The notes: generated by a model from the letters alone, not told the origin. DNA of 64,000 nt from Neoconidiobolus thromboides FSU 785 (GCA_025603075.1 MU626264.1:1-64000), one strand, 5' to 3'; shown: positions 11,925 through 24,355, numbered from the stretch's first letter. Made by a program: numbers and translations.

Positions 11925-13329
11925 CTATTCCCCCTTTTTCTTGAAATCCCCTTTGAAAGGGCGAGTTGATAAATTAGGAGGGGGGAAGTAAACAGAGGTA
12001 GGGCTTGGGGTATTGTTTGGTGGCTGGCCTCCATAGCTAAAATAATAATTTCGGTTTTGTCTAAATAAAGTAAAATGGGATTAAAAAACAAAATTTAGAG
12101 TTATAAAAAGCTGACCTGATCTTTCCATCTGAATCCCGAGTAAGAACTGTGTATGGTACCCAAAATCCGTTGGTATGTATTTTCGACTTCTGATCCCTGG
12201 AATTAGAAACGCCATTCTTTTTAGACTCTTTTGTATCAGCTTCAGGAGTGAAAATAGGGACTGGATTGTAATATTGCGGGTAAACGTAGGGAACATCAGT
12301 CATTTCTGAATAGGCAAGCTTCTTTCCAAAGAACTTATGCTTTGGAATATTATAATTATCATAAAGGTTTGTATTAACTTTAAACTGTACTTTTAAGGTA
12401 CTTCCATTCCATTTTTCCCCATCACATATATTGATAGCATTAACACAAGACTCACGATCGACATATCTAATAAAAGCGAATGCATAATCATACTTGGGAC
12501 GATTAATATAGTTGAGCGACTCGATCTCTCCATACTGGATAAACTTATCCTCTACTTCTGGGTGAGTGAAATTTTTATCTATTTGCCCAACAAAAATGCT
12601 ATTGAAATCGAGATTACGCGGAGCTTTATCTGGAGAGGAAGCCCACTCAACTGCCCAATCGCCATCATTCTTGATGTTTGTGTAAGCAGCAATAGCATCT
12701 TCACGGAAACGATATTTGACGAAGCAAGAGCCATTATAAGCATCTATAGTCTTACTTCGAATCATCTTCAAGGACTCTATAGGACCATGCGATGAAAGCC
12801 CTTCCTTGAGAAACTTTTCTTTTATACTACCAATGTTACTAATAAACAAGGTTCTGTTTACTCTGGCCTTTTCAACTCGAATTTGGCGGCCATCGATAAT
12901 AGTGTTAGGGGACTCCTTCAATGCTCTTTTAGATGCATCCAAATCTTTAAATTGAACAAAACTGTATGGGCGATTCATATTATCTTTAAGAACCTTAACA
13001 TTTAAAAGTTCACCCCAATGACTAAAATGGGCGGTAACACTTTTATGAAGTTCATTTTCGGTTTTTGAGGATACTAAACTGGCAACAAAAAGGCAGGCTT
13101 CGGGATCGAGTTTTCGACTAGAATCACTATTCAAGCCACTGCTCATTGTTTCAATATCAATATCTTCCGAACAACTGCTCGTACTATTGTCGTCATCATA
13201 ATCATCAAGGGAAAGATTTGCAAATAATTTATTCACCTTTCCTAATTTATCGCTATCGTTTTGCATACTGTTTCTTTTATAAAATCTTTGTAGGTTACTA
13301 GAGTGCTGATCAGAATCTGACTTGGACAT
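11925..13329 (-). CDS. RIM4: Rim4-like RRM RNA-binding protein (three RRMs); probable exons 13329-12116 and 12060-11925
   Basis: PEACLFVASL...VKVLKDNMNRPYSFVQF...RVEKARVNRTLF matches the remembered first RRM of yeast Rim4. A GT..TAG intron at 12115-12061 keeps the frame (449 aa). Confidence 0.75.
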
Positions 13330-15208
13330 TAATGTTAGTATTAATTTCAATATAAATGCAGACTAATGCTAGTGCTCAAGAAACAACTTTTAAAATAGAT
13401 CAAATTATTTTTTGAAAGTCTTTTATATATATCGAAGTGATTTACTTACCTCAATTTATATTATTATGGAATCTGCTATGAAACTGGATAAAAGATGAAG
13501 TTACCACGTGTGTAAAACTTTAATATAAGAAATGATAAAAAAATGAGTCATATCGGAATCGCTCTCACAAATATGTCTTATTTATATGGCTACAGCTTAT
13601 GGTAAAGCTTATTGAATTAAGTGATAACAGTTTTGAAGTAAAATCTATGGTGCTTGGTAGATGCTTAGTTTAGTAATCTTTTTAACTTTAAGATAAGATT
13701 AATTTATATTGCAGTTTAAGTTATATATGATATGAAAAGCTAAAACAATAATACATACTACAATAAACATGATAAGATGTTGTTGTCTATATTTTCTAGG
13801 ATGTATTATGCATAATTTCATTAACTTTACTGTATTATATAGTGGCATTTAAATTACAAAATTTTGGTACAAGTATAAGATTGTTATAATACTAAATATG
13901 GTTTGATTTCAATCATAAAAGTGTAATCCATTAATCATAGTATAAGTTTTAAATTACTGATTATTTTAGGATCTATTTAAATCTAAATTTTATACATTTA
14001 ACAAAAAGTCAAATAAAGCCTACTTTTAAAGTTAATTTTCTGATAATGTATACTATTAAATCAATTTGACTTTTATACGTTAAAATTTGTATTTATTTAC
14101 TTTAACAACGAGCTATAATTTTTTATCATATAAATATTTACTAAGCTTTATAAAATCAATATAGATAAAATTGAATCTCAGGTATTCAAAAAATACAGTT
14201 ATTTTTTATTTTTTAGTCACATTGTTTAGCATTTATTAATATGTTATATATATTTCAGATCTAAAGAATTAGAAATAAGTGTAAAAATAGTACTTATGTC
14301 TTAGCATTTTACTTTGATCCGACTTTAATACCTTTGTATATTATCAAAGCATTTCTTTCTATCTGTTATTCGAACTTTCGTAAATCTGTTTATTCTTTAT
14401 TTTTGGATGGTTTAAAATCCACTATTTAGGGATGTCTAAATTGACTTCATTTTTTTATTAAAAGTACCCAACGCAGTTTAATTATTCTATTACAATATAT
14501 ATTCCAAGTTAGCAGGATTTCTACTAAATTTAATAGAAATTCCCAGATTAACAAGGATTTACTATTATAATTTATATATTGATATTAGTCAAAGTTGTAA
14601 TATGCAAATAAATACATGTTTTTATAAAACTTTATTAGGAAACATTTATTGTTAATTACTTTACAGCCAACATTCCAGATTCTATCGAATAAATAATTTT
14701 AGTTTTACAGTTGTATTATTAATATGTCGCTAAGCTAATAAATAGTTGCATCTAAGGGAGTGATTAGCCTTAAAAGTGCAATTAATCATCTTTATATAAT
14801 ACAAGCAATATAATAGTTTTTACTTGTTATCGTAACTGCTTGTTTTTTAACTATTTATTAACCTAACTATTAGTAGTTTAAGCAATACTAGCATTTAACA
14901 TTTGATTTCTAACATCTAATAAACTACCTACTTGATAAATTTTTAAATTTTTAAATTTTTCGTCATTCTTATAAGCCAGGGTTGATTTTTTGTTTCTTTG
15001 TTTTCTATAAACTTGATAATTTTGGAATTATATTACTTTTTTTGATTTATCAGACATTAGATAGTAATGTAGTTTATTATTACATTTAATAAAATATAAA
15101 TATCTTTTAATATCTTAACTTATTGTTTTTTTACATTTTTATATTTAATACTTTTTAAAAAATTGCGTTAATTTTCTTATTATTAACAGTTAAACTATTG
15201 ATTTTATT

Positions 15209-15314
15209 ATATGGGGATGTATTTGTGTGTCTAACAATTTTACTAACAATTTTTTCGCTTAAATAGCGCTCAAAAAATGCAAAAAACACTGAAGTCAAAA
15301 AAACACTCTCATAT
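15209..15314 (+). mobile_element. 105-bp MITE family, copy 5
   Basis: Full length, ATAT ends. Confidence 0.85.
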
Positions 15315-15477
15315 TTATAAACAAAAATCTCAACTTTTAAAATTGATTAATGTTTTTTTGATTTAATACTTGGGGCCACTTTTCTATTATGAGATTTCTT
15401 TAAAATGCTTGTCAATTACATTTTTTCCATAATGCTTAGGAAAAATTAAAATCAAAATTTTATAAATTTTTTTAAAT

Positions 15478-15584
15478 ATATGGGGATATTTTTTTTGGTT
15501 TCATTACTTTCTCCATTTTTTAAGCGCTATTTGAGTGGAAAGGCTGTTGGCAAAGTCCTCAAACACAAAAACACACCCCCATAT
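15478..15584 (-). mobile_element. 105-bp MITE family, copy 6
   Basis: Full length, ATATGGGG...CCCCCATAT. Confidence 0.85.
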
Positions 15585-15922
15585 AATATAAAAAAATTTG
15601 AGATTTAAAATAATTTTCTATATCTGCTTATATATTAATTTTTATAAACTCAAATAAAGGCTTTTTAGTTATTAAACCAATTAAAGAGTTTCCTGCACAT
15701 ATTAAATTATAATTTAATATTTCAGATAAGTAATTAAAACAGACTTTTCTAGTTATATTATTATCTCCTAAATATAAGGTACTAAATCCTGATATTAATG
15801 TAGCTTGTTTATTACAATAATTTAAATTTACTAAATCTGGTTTTATTTTTATTTTTGTTTTTATTTTTATATTTTACTTAAAGTTTAAAATTATCATACA
15901 GCTTCTATTAATTTTTTAATAG

Positions 15923-16574
15923 TTTTGCGAAATCTGGTACTCAGTGGCTGAATTCAGAAGGCCTTAGCTTATGTAACCAACAAAAACTTGAATCATGGAG
16001 AATAGTACTTAGTAGACTACGGAATATGTAAGACAGATAGAATAAATAACATTACTGTAAATCTACGTAAGATGTTATCAGAAAAATTTAGAGTTTTTGT
16101 TAAAAAGTGTGAAATATCGCTTTTTCAGTCCCATGGTTAATTATAACATAACAATCGCCTAAGCTGTTGTGTTCTCGAGCTCAGAGAAAATCAATCCCAT
16201 GTTCCTATTTTGATTTGTTATGAGAATTTCTAACTCCATCCAAAAGAATATTATCTTCTCATTTTAATATTTATACTTTTCAGAGTATAAAAGAGTTTAC
16301 AGAGTATAGTAGTTCGAGGCTTTTTAACTGAATTATTCCCTGATATCTCGAACATTTAATAAAACCACTAAGTTTTCTTAATAGTATTTTACATACATTT
16401 TACATTAGTATTGTCTATTCTATTTGTCTTATATAGCTTGTAACCTATTACGTGCTATTCTTCATAATCCAAGTCTATCTTAGTCACATAAACTAAGACC
16501 TTTCGACTTATAGTGTAGTCAACCCAGCAATAGCTGTTCTTGACTCCAAACCCTAAGTACCAGATTTCATAAAA
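15923..16574. mobile_element. ~650-bp foldback / long-TIR non-autonomous element
   Basis: 15923-~16100 is the reverse complement of ~16341-16574 (ends ttttgcgaaatctggtac / gtaccagatttcataaaa). A truncated homolog lies at 58694-59159. Confidence 0.7.
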
Positions 16575-16587
16575 GTACAATATTAAG

Positions 16588-16689
16588 AAATGAAGGTATT
16601 CTTTTGGCTTCATCGCTTTTTTTATTTTTGAGCGCTATTTATGTGGAAAATTCATTAATGAATTCCCTAAACACAATACATCCTCAAAT
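16588..16689 (-). mobile_element. 105-bp MITE family, copy 7 (degenerate)
   Basis: Core ggcttcatc...gagcgctattt...ggaaaa...aaacacaatacatcc. Confidence 0.7.
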
Positions 16690-16793
16690 AATTCAGTCAA
16701 AAAGCCTCGAATTATTGTTCTAAAATCTATTTTATACTCCAACAAGTATGGATATCAAAAGGGGGAGAGAATGTCCTTCGGAATCACAAGACA

Positions 16794-16918
16794 TAAACTC
16801 TCATAACAAATCAAAATAAAAGCTTGGGATTAATTGTGCCTGAACTCGAGAACACAACAACTTGAGTAATTGTTATGTTATAGTCAATCATAGAGCTGGC
16901 AAAACGATATCTCACAGC
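16794..16918 (-). repeat. Inverted fragment of the foldback element's central region
   Basis: Reverse complement matches ~16105-16235 (gttgtgttctcgag, ttttgatttgttatgaga). Confidence 0.65.
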
Positions 16919-17227
16919 TTCATTAAATGTTTTTTTAAGTATTAATATAAAGTTTATATAACTCATATAACTTTTTGTTAAAAGATTTTCTTATCTTTAT
17001 TTTGCTTTTTATTGTTATATTTATTTTGTTTTTTATTATTATATTCATTTTATTTTAAAATACCTTTTTTCTAATTATATACTGGGCATATATATCGTAT
17101 AAATCTGTTTTTCTTACTGTGTTTAAGATTACTTAATATATATTTAAAAAACATTAATCTAGATACTGCTTTATCTTTTAAATTATTAAAATATTTATTA
17201 TACATTATTCTTTTGCTTTTATTTAAC

Positions 17228-17333
17228 ATATGGGGATGTTTTTTTGGCTTCATTATTTTTTTCATCTTTTAAGCACTTTTTGAGTGGAAAAATTGTTAGT
17301 AGAATTCTTAAACAAAAAAATATATTTCCATAT
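17228..17333 (-). mobile_element. 105-bp MITE family, copy 8
   Basis: Full length, ATAT ends. Confidence 0.85.
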
Positions 17334-18013
17334 ATTATCTGATAAATGTTTATTGCCTTTCTTTTTTTATTAAATCTTGATGAAATAACTGGGTTATTGA
17401 ATAAATATTATACTGATTTCTATCATATCAAATTCAAGACCTTTATACTCATTAAAAAAATATATCAAACCTATAATTAATAATAATGCTACTTACTGGT
17501 TTTTATTTTTTTATTTTTGTTAAAGCATTGATTTTATATATTGTTTGATTAAGTTTATCATTGTCAATGGTAAACTTTAATGATATTTCTTTTTTTTTGT
17601 TTTATTACAAAATTCCATAAACTCTGGATTATCATAACCAATTGCTAAAATTCATGTAAACGGATTACAATGTTTATATAATATATTTTTCCTTATTATA
17701 TTAAAATTTTTAATTCTATTTTAGTTTAATTATAAAAACTTACATTTTATTTTTATGCTAATAAAACAAAATAGAATAAAATAAAATAGTTATATATCTA
17801 TATACTATATATCTACTAAAAACTCAATAAAAATAGTACAAAACATATAGCTAAAAAAATTAAATTTGAAAGTTCAAAATTAAATATTTTAAAGGCTTAT
17901 TTTTAATTTTGTTTTAATTAGTCACATGTTAGACTTGGAAATTTAAAAACTTAAAATTTGGATTAATTTTTAAATGAATGTTGAAACTAACTCAGACACC
18001 CTCCTCATTTACT

Positions 18014-18175
18014 AATTACACTGTTGCAACCCTTGAGACTTTTTAGTGATAATTTTTACAAATTATTTATATAGCCAATTTTTTTAAAGCCTGATCCTTA
18101 TATTAGCAAAATTTTGTTATATATTTTAAGATGAATAGTCAATTAGGCCACAATAGAGCTACAACAGATGTAAAA
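18014..18175 (+). mobile_element. ~170-bp MITE family, copy 2 (degenerate)
   Basis: ctgttgcaac...gtgataatttttaca...tagcaaaattttgtt...caatagagctacaacagatgtaa aligns with 8832-8992. Confidence 0.5.
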
Positions 18176-18184
18176 GAATAAATT

Positions 18185-18291
18185 AATTGGCAGTGTTTTT
18201 TTTGACCTCATTACTTTTTTCATTTTTTAAGCGCTATTTAAGTGGAAAATTTATTACCAAATTTTTTAAACATAAAAATACATCCCCAATT
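18185..18291 (-). mobile_element. 105-bp MITE family, copy 9
   Basis: Consensus core present; termini degenerate. Confidence 0.75.
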
Positions 18292-18447
18292 GTTAAGCAT
18301 TTATTAAGTTTACATAATAAATTGATTTTTCAAGTACTATCTTGATAATATCAACTAAGAATAATCATTCTACCGAAATAATTTAATTTTAATATAAGTT
18401 ATATTAATAAATAAATAAGCTATTTATTTTTAGATAAATAATATATA

Positions 18448-19470
18448 TTAATGATTAATCTTTCCGATTAAAAAATGCCCAGACATAAAGCCAAATATAA
18501 TAATAATAGAAATTGAACTAAAAGCGATCCAAAACTCAGCTAAAGATTGTGCCAAGATAATACCATATATGATGTTTGCAACAGACAAGCCACAAGTAAG
18601 TCTACCTAACCACCAATGTATCTTATCTTGGATTGGTACATGCTTGCGATCACTGGACCATAGCTTATCTATTATAACACCTAGTGAACATTGCATAACA
18701 AACAAGCCGCAAACTACAAGTCCTATTATTGAGTGATTAGTTTTAAATCTATTCCCGATTTTAGCTGCAACTATAGCTATTGAAATTGCTGATAGTACTC
18801 CAACTCCAACAAAAGCAGAGATATGAAGTTTAAACCACCATACACCAAGCTTATCTTTCAAAAATCTTGCTATAAAAATGGCCAAAGAAGGTAGTATCAA
18901 CCATGCGACCATCATTAGGACACCATGAATTAAAATACTTAATTGTGGAGGAGGCTGTACAGCTTTAGAATTCCCTGATTCCATACTATATAATATGGAT
19001 CCTCTCGATTGATGCTTTGAGATCTTTTTTTCTACAGTAGGTTTTTTGTTACTGTAAGCCCAGACCATTTCGTTGGAGCCAATATTATTAATTTTAAGCG
19101 AACCATCGTCGCTAGTTGTGAAATTCCTAATAAAAACAATCCTCTGGGTATCACCTTTAAGATAAGATTCGTCATTTAAAATAACCAATGAACTTCTTTC
19201 AACGCCTTGTGGTTGCGAGTAACCAGTGCATTTTGCATGTATGAGCTGCGGAGCATTTTTAGCATCAAAATAGGCTACAAACATCTCGCATTTAAACATA
19301 TCGATTCCGAGTCCTAATGCCATATATCCTGCATCCTTTGGGCCTTCAACAACAAACTTTGCTGCTCCTTTCTCCTCCGTTATATTAAAGCAAAAAGGCG
19401 CTTGAGAAGGACAAGTAAGAGAATTTATTTGTAATATATAAAGCAAAAATATAATTAGGTTTGAAATCAT
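18448..19470 (-). CDS. DOMON + cytochrome b561 protein (CYBDOM), intronless (340 aa)
   Basis: Signal peptide; CPSQAPFC; MALGLGIDM; EMVWAYS; KHQSRG; four b561 His (IHG, KLH, TNH, KIHWWLGR). Confidence 0.88.
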   Translation of the reverse strand: MISNLIIFLLYILQINSLTCPSQAPFCFNITEEKGAAKFVVEGPKDAGYMALGLGIDMFKCEMFVAYFDAKNAPQLIHAKCTGYSQPQGVERSSLVILNDESYLKGDTQRIVFIRNFTTSDDGSLKINNIGSNEMVWAYSNKKPTVEKKISKHQSRGSILYSMESGNSKAVQPPPQLSILIHGVLMMVAWLILPSLAIFIARFLKDKLGVWWFKLHISAFVGVGVLSAISIAIVAAKIGNRFKTNHSIIGLVVCGLFVMQCSLGVIIDKLWSSDRKHVPIQDKIHWWLGRLTCGLSVANIIYGIILAQSLAEFWIAFSSISIIIIFGFMSGHFLIGKINH

Positions 19471-20574
19471 TTTTAGTTATTGATACAGAGGCTACTTCAT
19501 CTATTTATACTTCTTTTTCATATTATTTATACAATCAGACTATTGTTATTTTAGAAATTTAGAATATTATGTGATCATAAAAGCTTGTATAGACATAAAG
19601 TAAGTATTATTTTTATAAATAGTACCTTTACTATAATTAAGAATTATGGTATAATAGTGTAAAATTATTTTATTTTATAAAGCTCATATCATGGAATAAA
19701 CACTACTTCAAGAATAACCAAATAAGTAAACCATAAGGATATTAAAAGACTTAATATTCATGATAAAACCGTACATGACTTTATGATTTAAATTATTTAT
19801 AGGAAACAAATTATAATAAACATTAAATAGTCTTAAATCTTATGTTGTTAAATAATAGGGGGGATTATTATAGTTTTTTTTATATATCAGTGATATCCTT
19901 TTATATATAGAAAAGCATTTGAAAAAATTATAGTTCAATTAGTTTTTAACGAATTTTTAATAAACTTCATAACGAGCTATTTCTTATTCTTATTCTTAAG
20001 CTCAAGTAGTTCCATATTGGATAACATTAGCAAACTATAGTCACAAAATATCGAAATAGATATTGCCTTTCCTAAACAGGAGATATGCTACTTAATGAAT
20101 CCCACCTTGTTATAAAAGAACAGATGATTATCTCTCTTTAATCTTTCAAGTTTATAAATGGTGTAATTCAATAGTTTTAAAATATGGCTCTTTAAAACTA
20201 TCACATGGAAGCGCACATTATGAAACTAAATTTTATTCCTCTATTTATATTTGTTTTTTGTTTGTGTATTATTAGCACTTTTAGGTATATAAAATGTGTT
20301 TTTGATATGAAAACTCAATTAAACAGATTAAGTATTTATAATATTTATAATATTTATAAATTATAAACCTTCATTTTGTAGAAACTATTTGAATATGACA
20401 TAAAAACCTTATAGTAAAGCGTGATTTTATGAAACCCTTTGTACTTTATCATACAGCATCTAGAATCTACCTATTTAGCATTAAAACATATTTATAACAA
20501 TCCTCTTATGTAATTCTCCTTCTCTTATGATAATCACAGTATTTTAAGCAATAACAGTTGATTTGTAAATCAAG

Positions 20575-20677
20575 ATATAGGGATGTACTTTTTTTAACAA
20601 TTTTACTAACAATTTTTTTCGCTCAAATAGCGCTCAAAAGATGAAAAAAGTGATGAAGCCAAAAAATATCCCCATAT
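20575..20677 (+). mobile_element. 105-bp MITE family, copy 10
   Basis: Full length, ATAT ends. Confidence 0.85.
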
Positions 20678-21007
20678 TATGAATAAACAAATTTAATAAC
20701 TAAATATTTTATAGTCACCGAATTTTACCATATTAATTAGTTTTAATTTTGCTTTATTAGTAATCAATTATGTTTTTTAAATAAAACATTATAATAACTT
20801 CCCAAGAGTATTATCTATTATTTAAAATATATAATTATGTAAATAAATAAAATATAATGATGAACAAAGTTAATAATACATGTTTGATTATTTTATAAAG
20901 TAAAATCTATAATGCACAGTACCAGCTGAGACCAAGAAACATTTGTGGTCTTTTTTTAAATATTTCTTAAAGTTCACCCGGCTTTGAAGATTGTTGTATA
21001 TTGTTTA

Positions 21008-21098
21008 TAGAGCATGATGGTATTGTTATTTGATTTGAGTAAGCTGGATGAGCTGCTATTTTTATCACAATTGATACTAACGCTTAACTCTGAGGCTA
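21008..21098 (+). ncRNA. Candidate C/D box snoRNA
   Basis: C-like box ATGATG (21014); 12-nt GTATTGTTATTT (21020-21031) complementary to the remembered 18S segment AAAUAACAAUAC; D'-like TTGA; C'-like TGGATGA (21045); D box CTGA (21090); short AGC/GCT closing stem. Confidence 0.4.
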
Positions 21099-21546
21099 AA
21101 CTTTTGCACAATAGTAACTGTTTTGTCAATAAGTATGCTTAATTTAAATGATAAACAACTAATAAATTAAAGAGACTTTTGGTTAAAACAATGTTTATAA
21201 TTCTTCTAAATTGAACGATACACATTTTAGAAGGTTAGAAGAAATTAAAATAATTATGGTAAAATGTTGAATTGTTTGTCATAAATTTTTATAACTTATT
21301 TGCTTTTGTTTTGATTGGTTATTTAATTATTTTCAATTTGTCTAAATATTTTTCTTGAGATAAACTTATGTTTAAAAACACTCTAAAGTGATCAAAAAAT
21401 AGTTAAAAAGAATTAAAATATTGATTGCATTTTATACGAATTTTAATTTTGATTGAGACTAATTTTTTGCTACATGAATTTTAAGTTTTCCAATCAAATT
21501 AGCTTTTCTTTAAAATAGAGTCAAGCTTTTTAGCTCTTTTTAGAAA

Positions 21547-24355
21547 ATGGTGAACGCAGTTGAGCAAAGTTTAGCAGCTTACATAGTAAATTAGAAATTA
21601 ATTGATATGATATAATCTAACGCAAACTAGGAAGATGATGATGTACCATATGAAGAAGAAGTGGTAAGGAATCCATACTCTGTAAAAGTATGGTTGAGAT
21701 ATATAGATTTTAAAGAGGAAAAGATCAATGACAATAAAGCAGGATATCATCCAAAACCACTTTTTATCATCTTTGAGAGAGCATTAAAAGAGCTCCCTAA
21801 AAGTTATAAAATATGGAAACGTTACTTAGATACTAGGAAATATTATATTAGAGAAAAATTTCATCCTATCAAAGACAGCGAAGAGTATAAAAAAATGAAC
21901 CATTGCTATGAAAGAAGTTTATTCCTTTTAAACAAAGTAATTTTATTTAATTGAAAAAGAGAAAGGGATCTAATTTTAATATTAGATGCCAAGAATTTGG
22001 ACAGACTACGCTATCTTTCTTATGATTCAAGGAGACATTACAAAAGCACGTCGTACTTTTGACAGAGCGTTAAGAGCATTACCGGTGACTCAACACTCAA
22101 GAATTTGGCCCTTTTATCTTAAGTTTGCGAAGAAAATTGGAGGAGAAACCGCATTAAGGGTTTTCAAAAGATATATTAGAGTAAGTTTAAACAAACAATT
22201 TATGAATTCATTCACAATTTTATAGTTGGAAGTTGAAATGATAGAAGATTACATTGATTTATTACTCGAACAAGACAATATTGATGAAGCAGCATATCAA
22301 CTTTCAAGGATGATTGATTTGGATCTTCCTTCTTCTCGTGGAAAAACACCTTATCAGCTATGGGTTGAATTGAGTGATTTAATTTGTTCTAAACCTCAAA
22401 GTATCAAACGCTTAGATGTAGAAGCGATACTTAGATCAGGAATTATCCGATTTACGGATCAAGTAGGAAAATTATGGTGTTTATTAGCCAAATATTGGAT
22501 CTTATTAGGAAAGTTCGATAAAGCAAGAGAGAACTTTGAAGAAGGGATAAGTAGTGTAAAAACATTAAGAGATTTCGCTCAGATATTTGATGCCTATACT
22601 GAGTTTGAAGAATCTGTTTTAAGATCCATGAGCGAGGAAGGGGAAGAGTCTGGGGTAGAACTTGATTTAGGAATTATGCGCCTTGAACATCTAATTAATC
22701 GAAGACCGCTTTTACTTAACGATGTTTTACTTCGCCAAAATCCACATAATGTAGAAGAATGGATAAAAAGGGTTGACCTTTTTAGAGATTCTAAAGTAAA
22801 GGTAGTTGAAACTTTCAATGAAGCAGTAAAAACAATCAGCCCTAAAAAAGCAACCCCAGAAATGCTTCCAGAGTTATGGAAATTATTTGCTAAATTTTAT
22901 GAGGACAATGATGATCTGAATACCGCTAGAAAAATTTATGATAAAGCAGTTAAAGTTCCATATAAATTGGTTTCAGAGTTAGCTAACTTATGGCAGGAGT
23001 ATGCTGAAATGGAAATAAGACAAGAGTAAACAACATTTTATTATAATAATCTGAAATTAACTGTTTTATAGTAATTTCGATAAAGCTATCGAAGTTTTAT
23101 CTAGAGCCACTAAACCACCTATGAAATATAAAAGTATTAATTTCCATGATGAAAGCTTATCAGTACAAGATCGTTTATTCAAGTCTTTGAAACTTTGGTC
23201 TTTCTATGTTGATTTACAAGAAAGTGCAGGCACTCCAGAAGCCACTCGAGAAGTTTATGATCAAATTCTTGATCTTAAGATTGCTAACCCTCAAACTATC
23301 GTAAACTATGCTAATTACCTGGAAGAGTTAGAATATTTCGAAGATTCTTTTAAGGTAATAATTACGATATCATAATGGCTTAAACTTATATCATTAGGTA
23401 TATGAACGTGGGTTGGAGCTATTCAACTATCCCATTGCTTTTGAAATTTGGAATATTTATTTGACAAAATTTATCAAGAGATATGTAAGGTTTTTTACTT
23501 ATAGCTATTTCTGTTTACTAACCTTTAATATAGGGTGGGAAAAAGATTGAAAGAACGAGAGATCTATTTGAGCAAGCTATCGAGCATTGTCCAGCTAAAT
23601 ATGCTAAACCAATTTATTTATTATATGGGAAATTTGAAGAAGACTATGGCTTAGCTAAGCATGCACTTAAAATTTATTCTCGAGCTACAATAGCAGTAGA
23701 AAGCAAAGATAAATATGAGGTATTTTTATTTTATTTTTTATTTTTTCCATGTTTATTTCATTTAGATTTTCCAATATTACATTGCTAAAGCCACTCAAGC
23801 ATTTGGAATTACTTCGGCACGTGAAATTTACGATCAAGCAGTCAATGTTTTACCAGATGCTAAAGCAAAAGATATGTGTATTGAATATGCCGCATTAGAA
23901 CGTAAACTAGGGGAAATTGATCGTGCTCGTAAGATCTATGCTTATGCTTCTCAATTTTGTGATCCCAGAGTAATTGTTTTTATAAAGTGTAAGACTAAAA
24001 TTAATTTTGTCTAGATTACACAAAACTTTTGGCAAATCTGGCATGATTTTGAAGTTCAGCATGGAAATGAAGATACTTTTAAAGACATGTTACGTATCAA
24101 ACGTAGCGTTCAAGCTCAATATAATACAGAAGTAATTTCAATATTTAGGATAAAATTTTATATTCTGATGGAATTTTATAGGTCAATCATTTATCTGCTC
24201 AATTAATTTCTTCCCGTGATAATGAAGGAGGCTCTGAGCCTTTACCTGGATTTGTTAAAAGTAAAGAGTCACTAGTTCCTTATTCTAATGAGGAAGAAAA
24301 CACTAGTGAAAAAAGAAAAGCTGAAGCTGAAAATCCTGATGAACTAGAAATTTAA
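21547..24355 (+). CDS. SYF1: Pre-mRNA splicing factor SYF1 (XAB2/Ntc90), about 9 introns
   Basis: [103 protein letters not shown]. Confidence 0.95.

Noticed and set aside
14300-14700. MULE-like ITD motif on the minus strand
   Set aside because: Similarity too short to distinguish from chance.
20000-20230. Tc1/DDE-like trace on the minus strand
   Set aside because: Catalytic DE residues absent; resemblance is weak.
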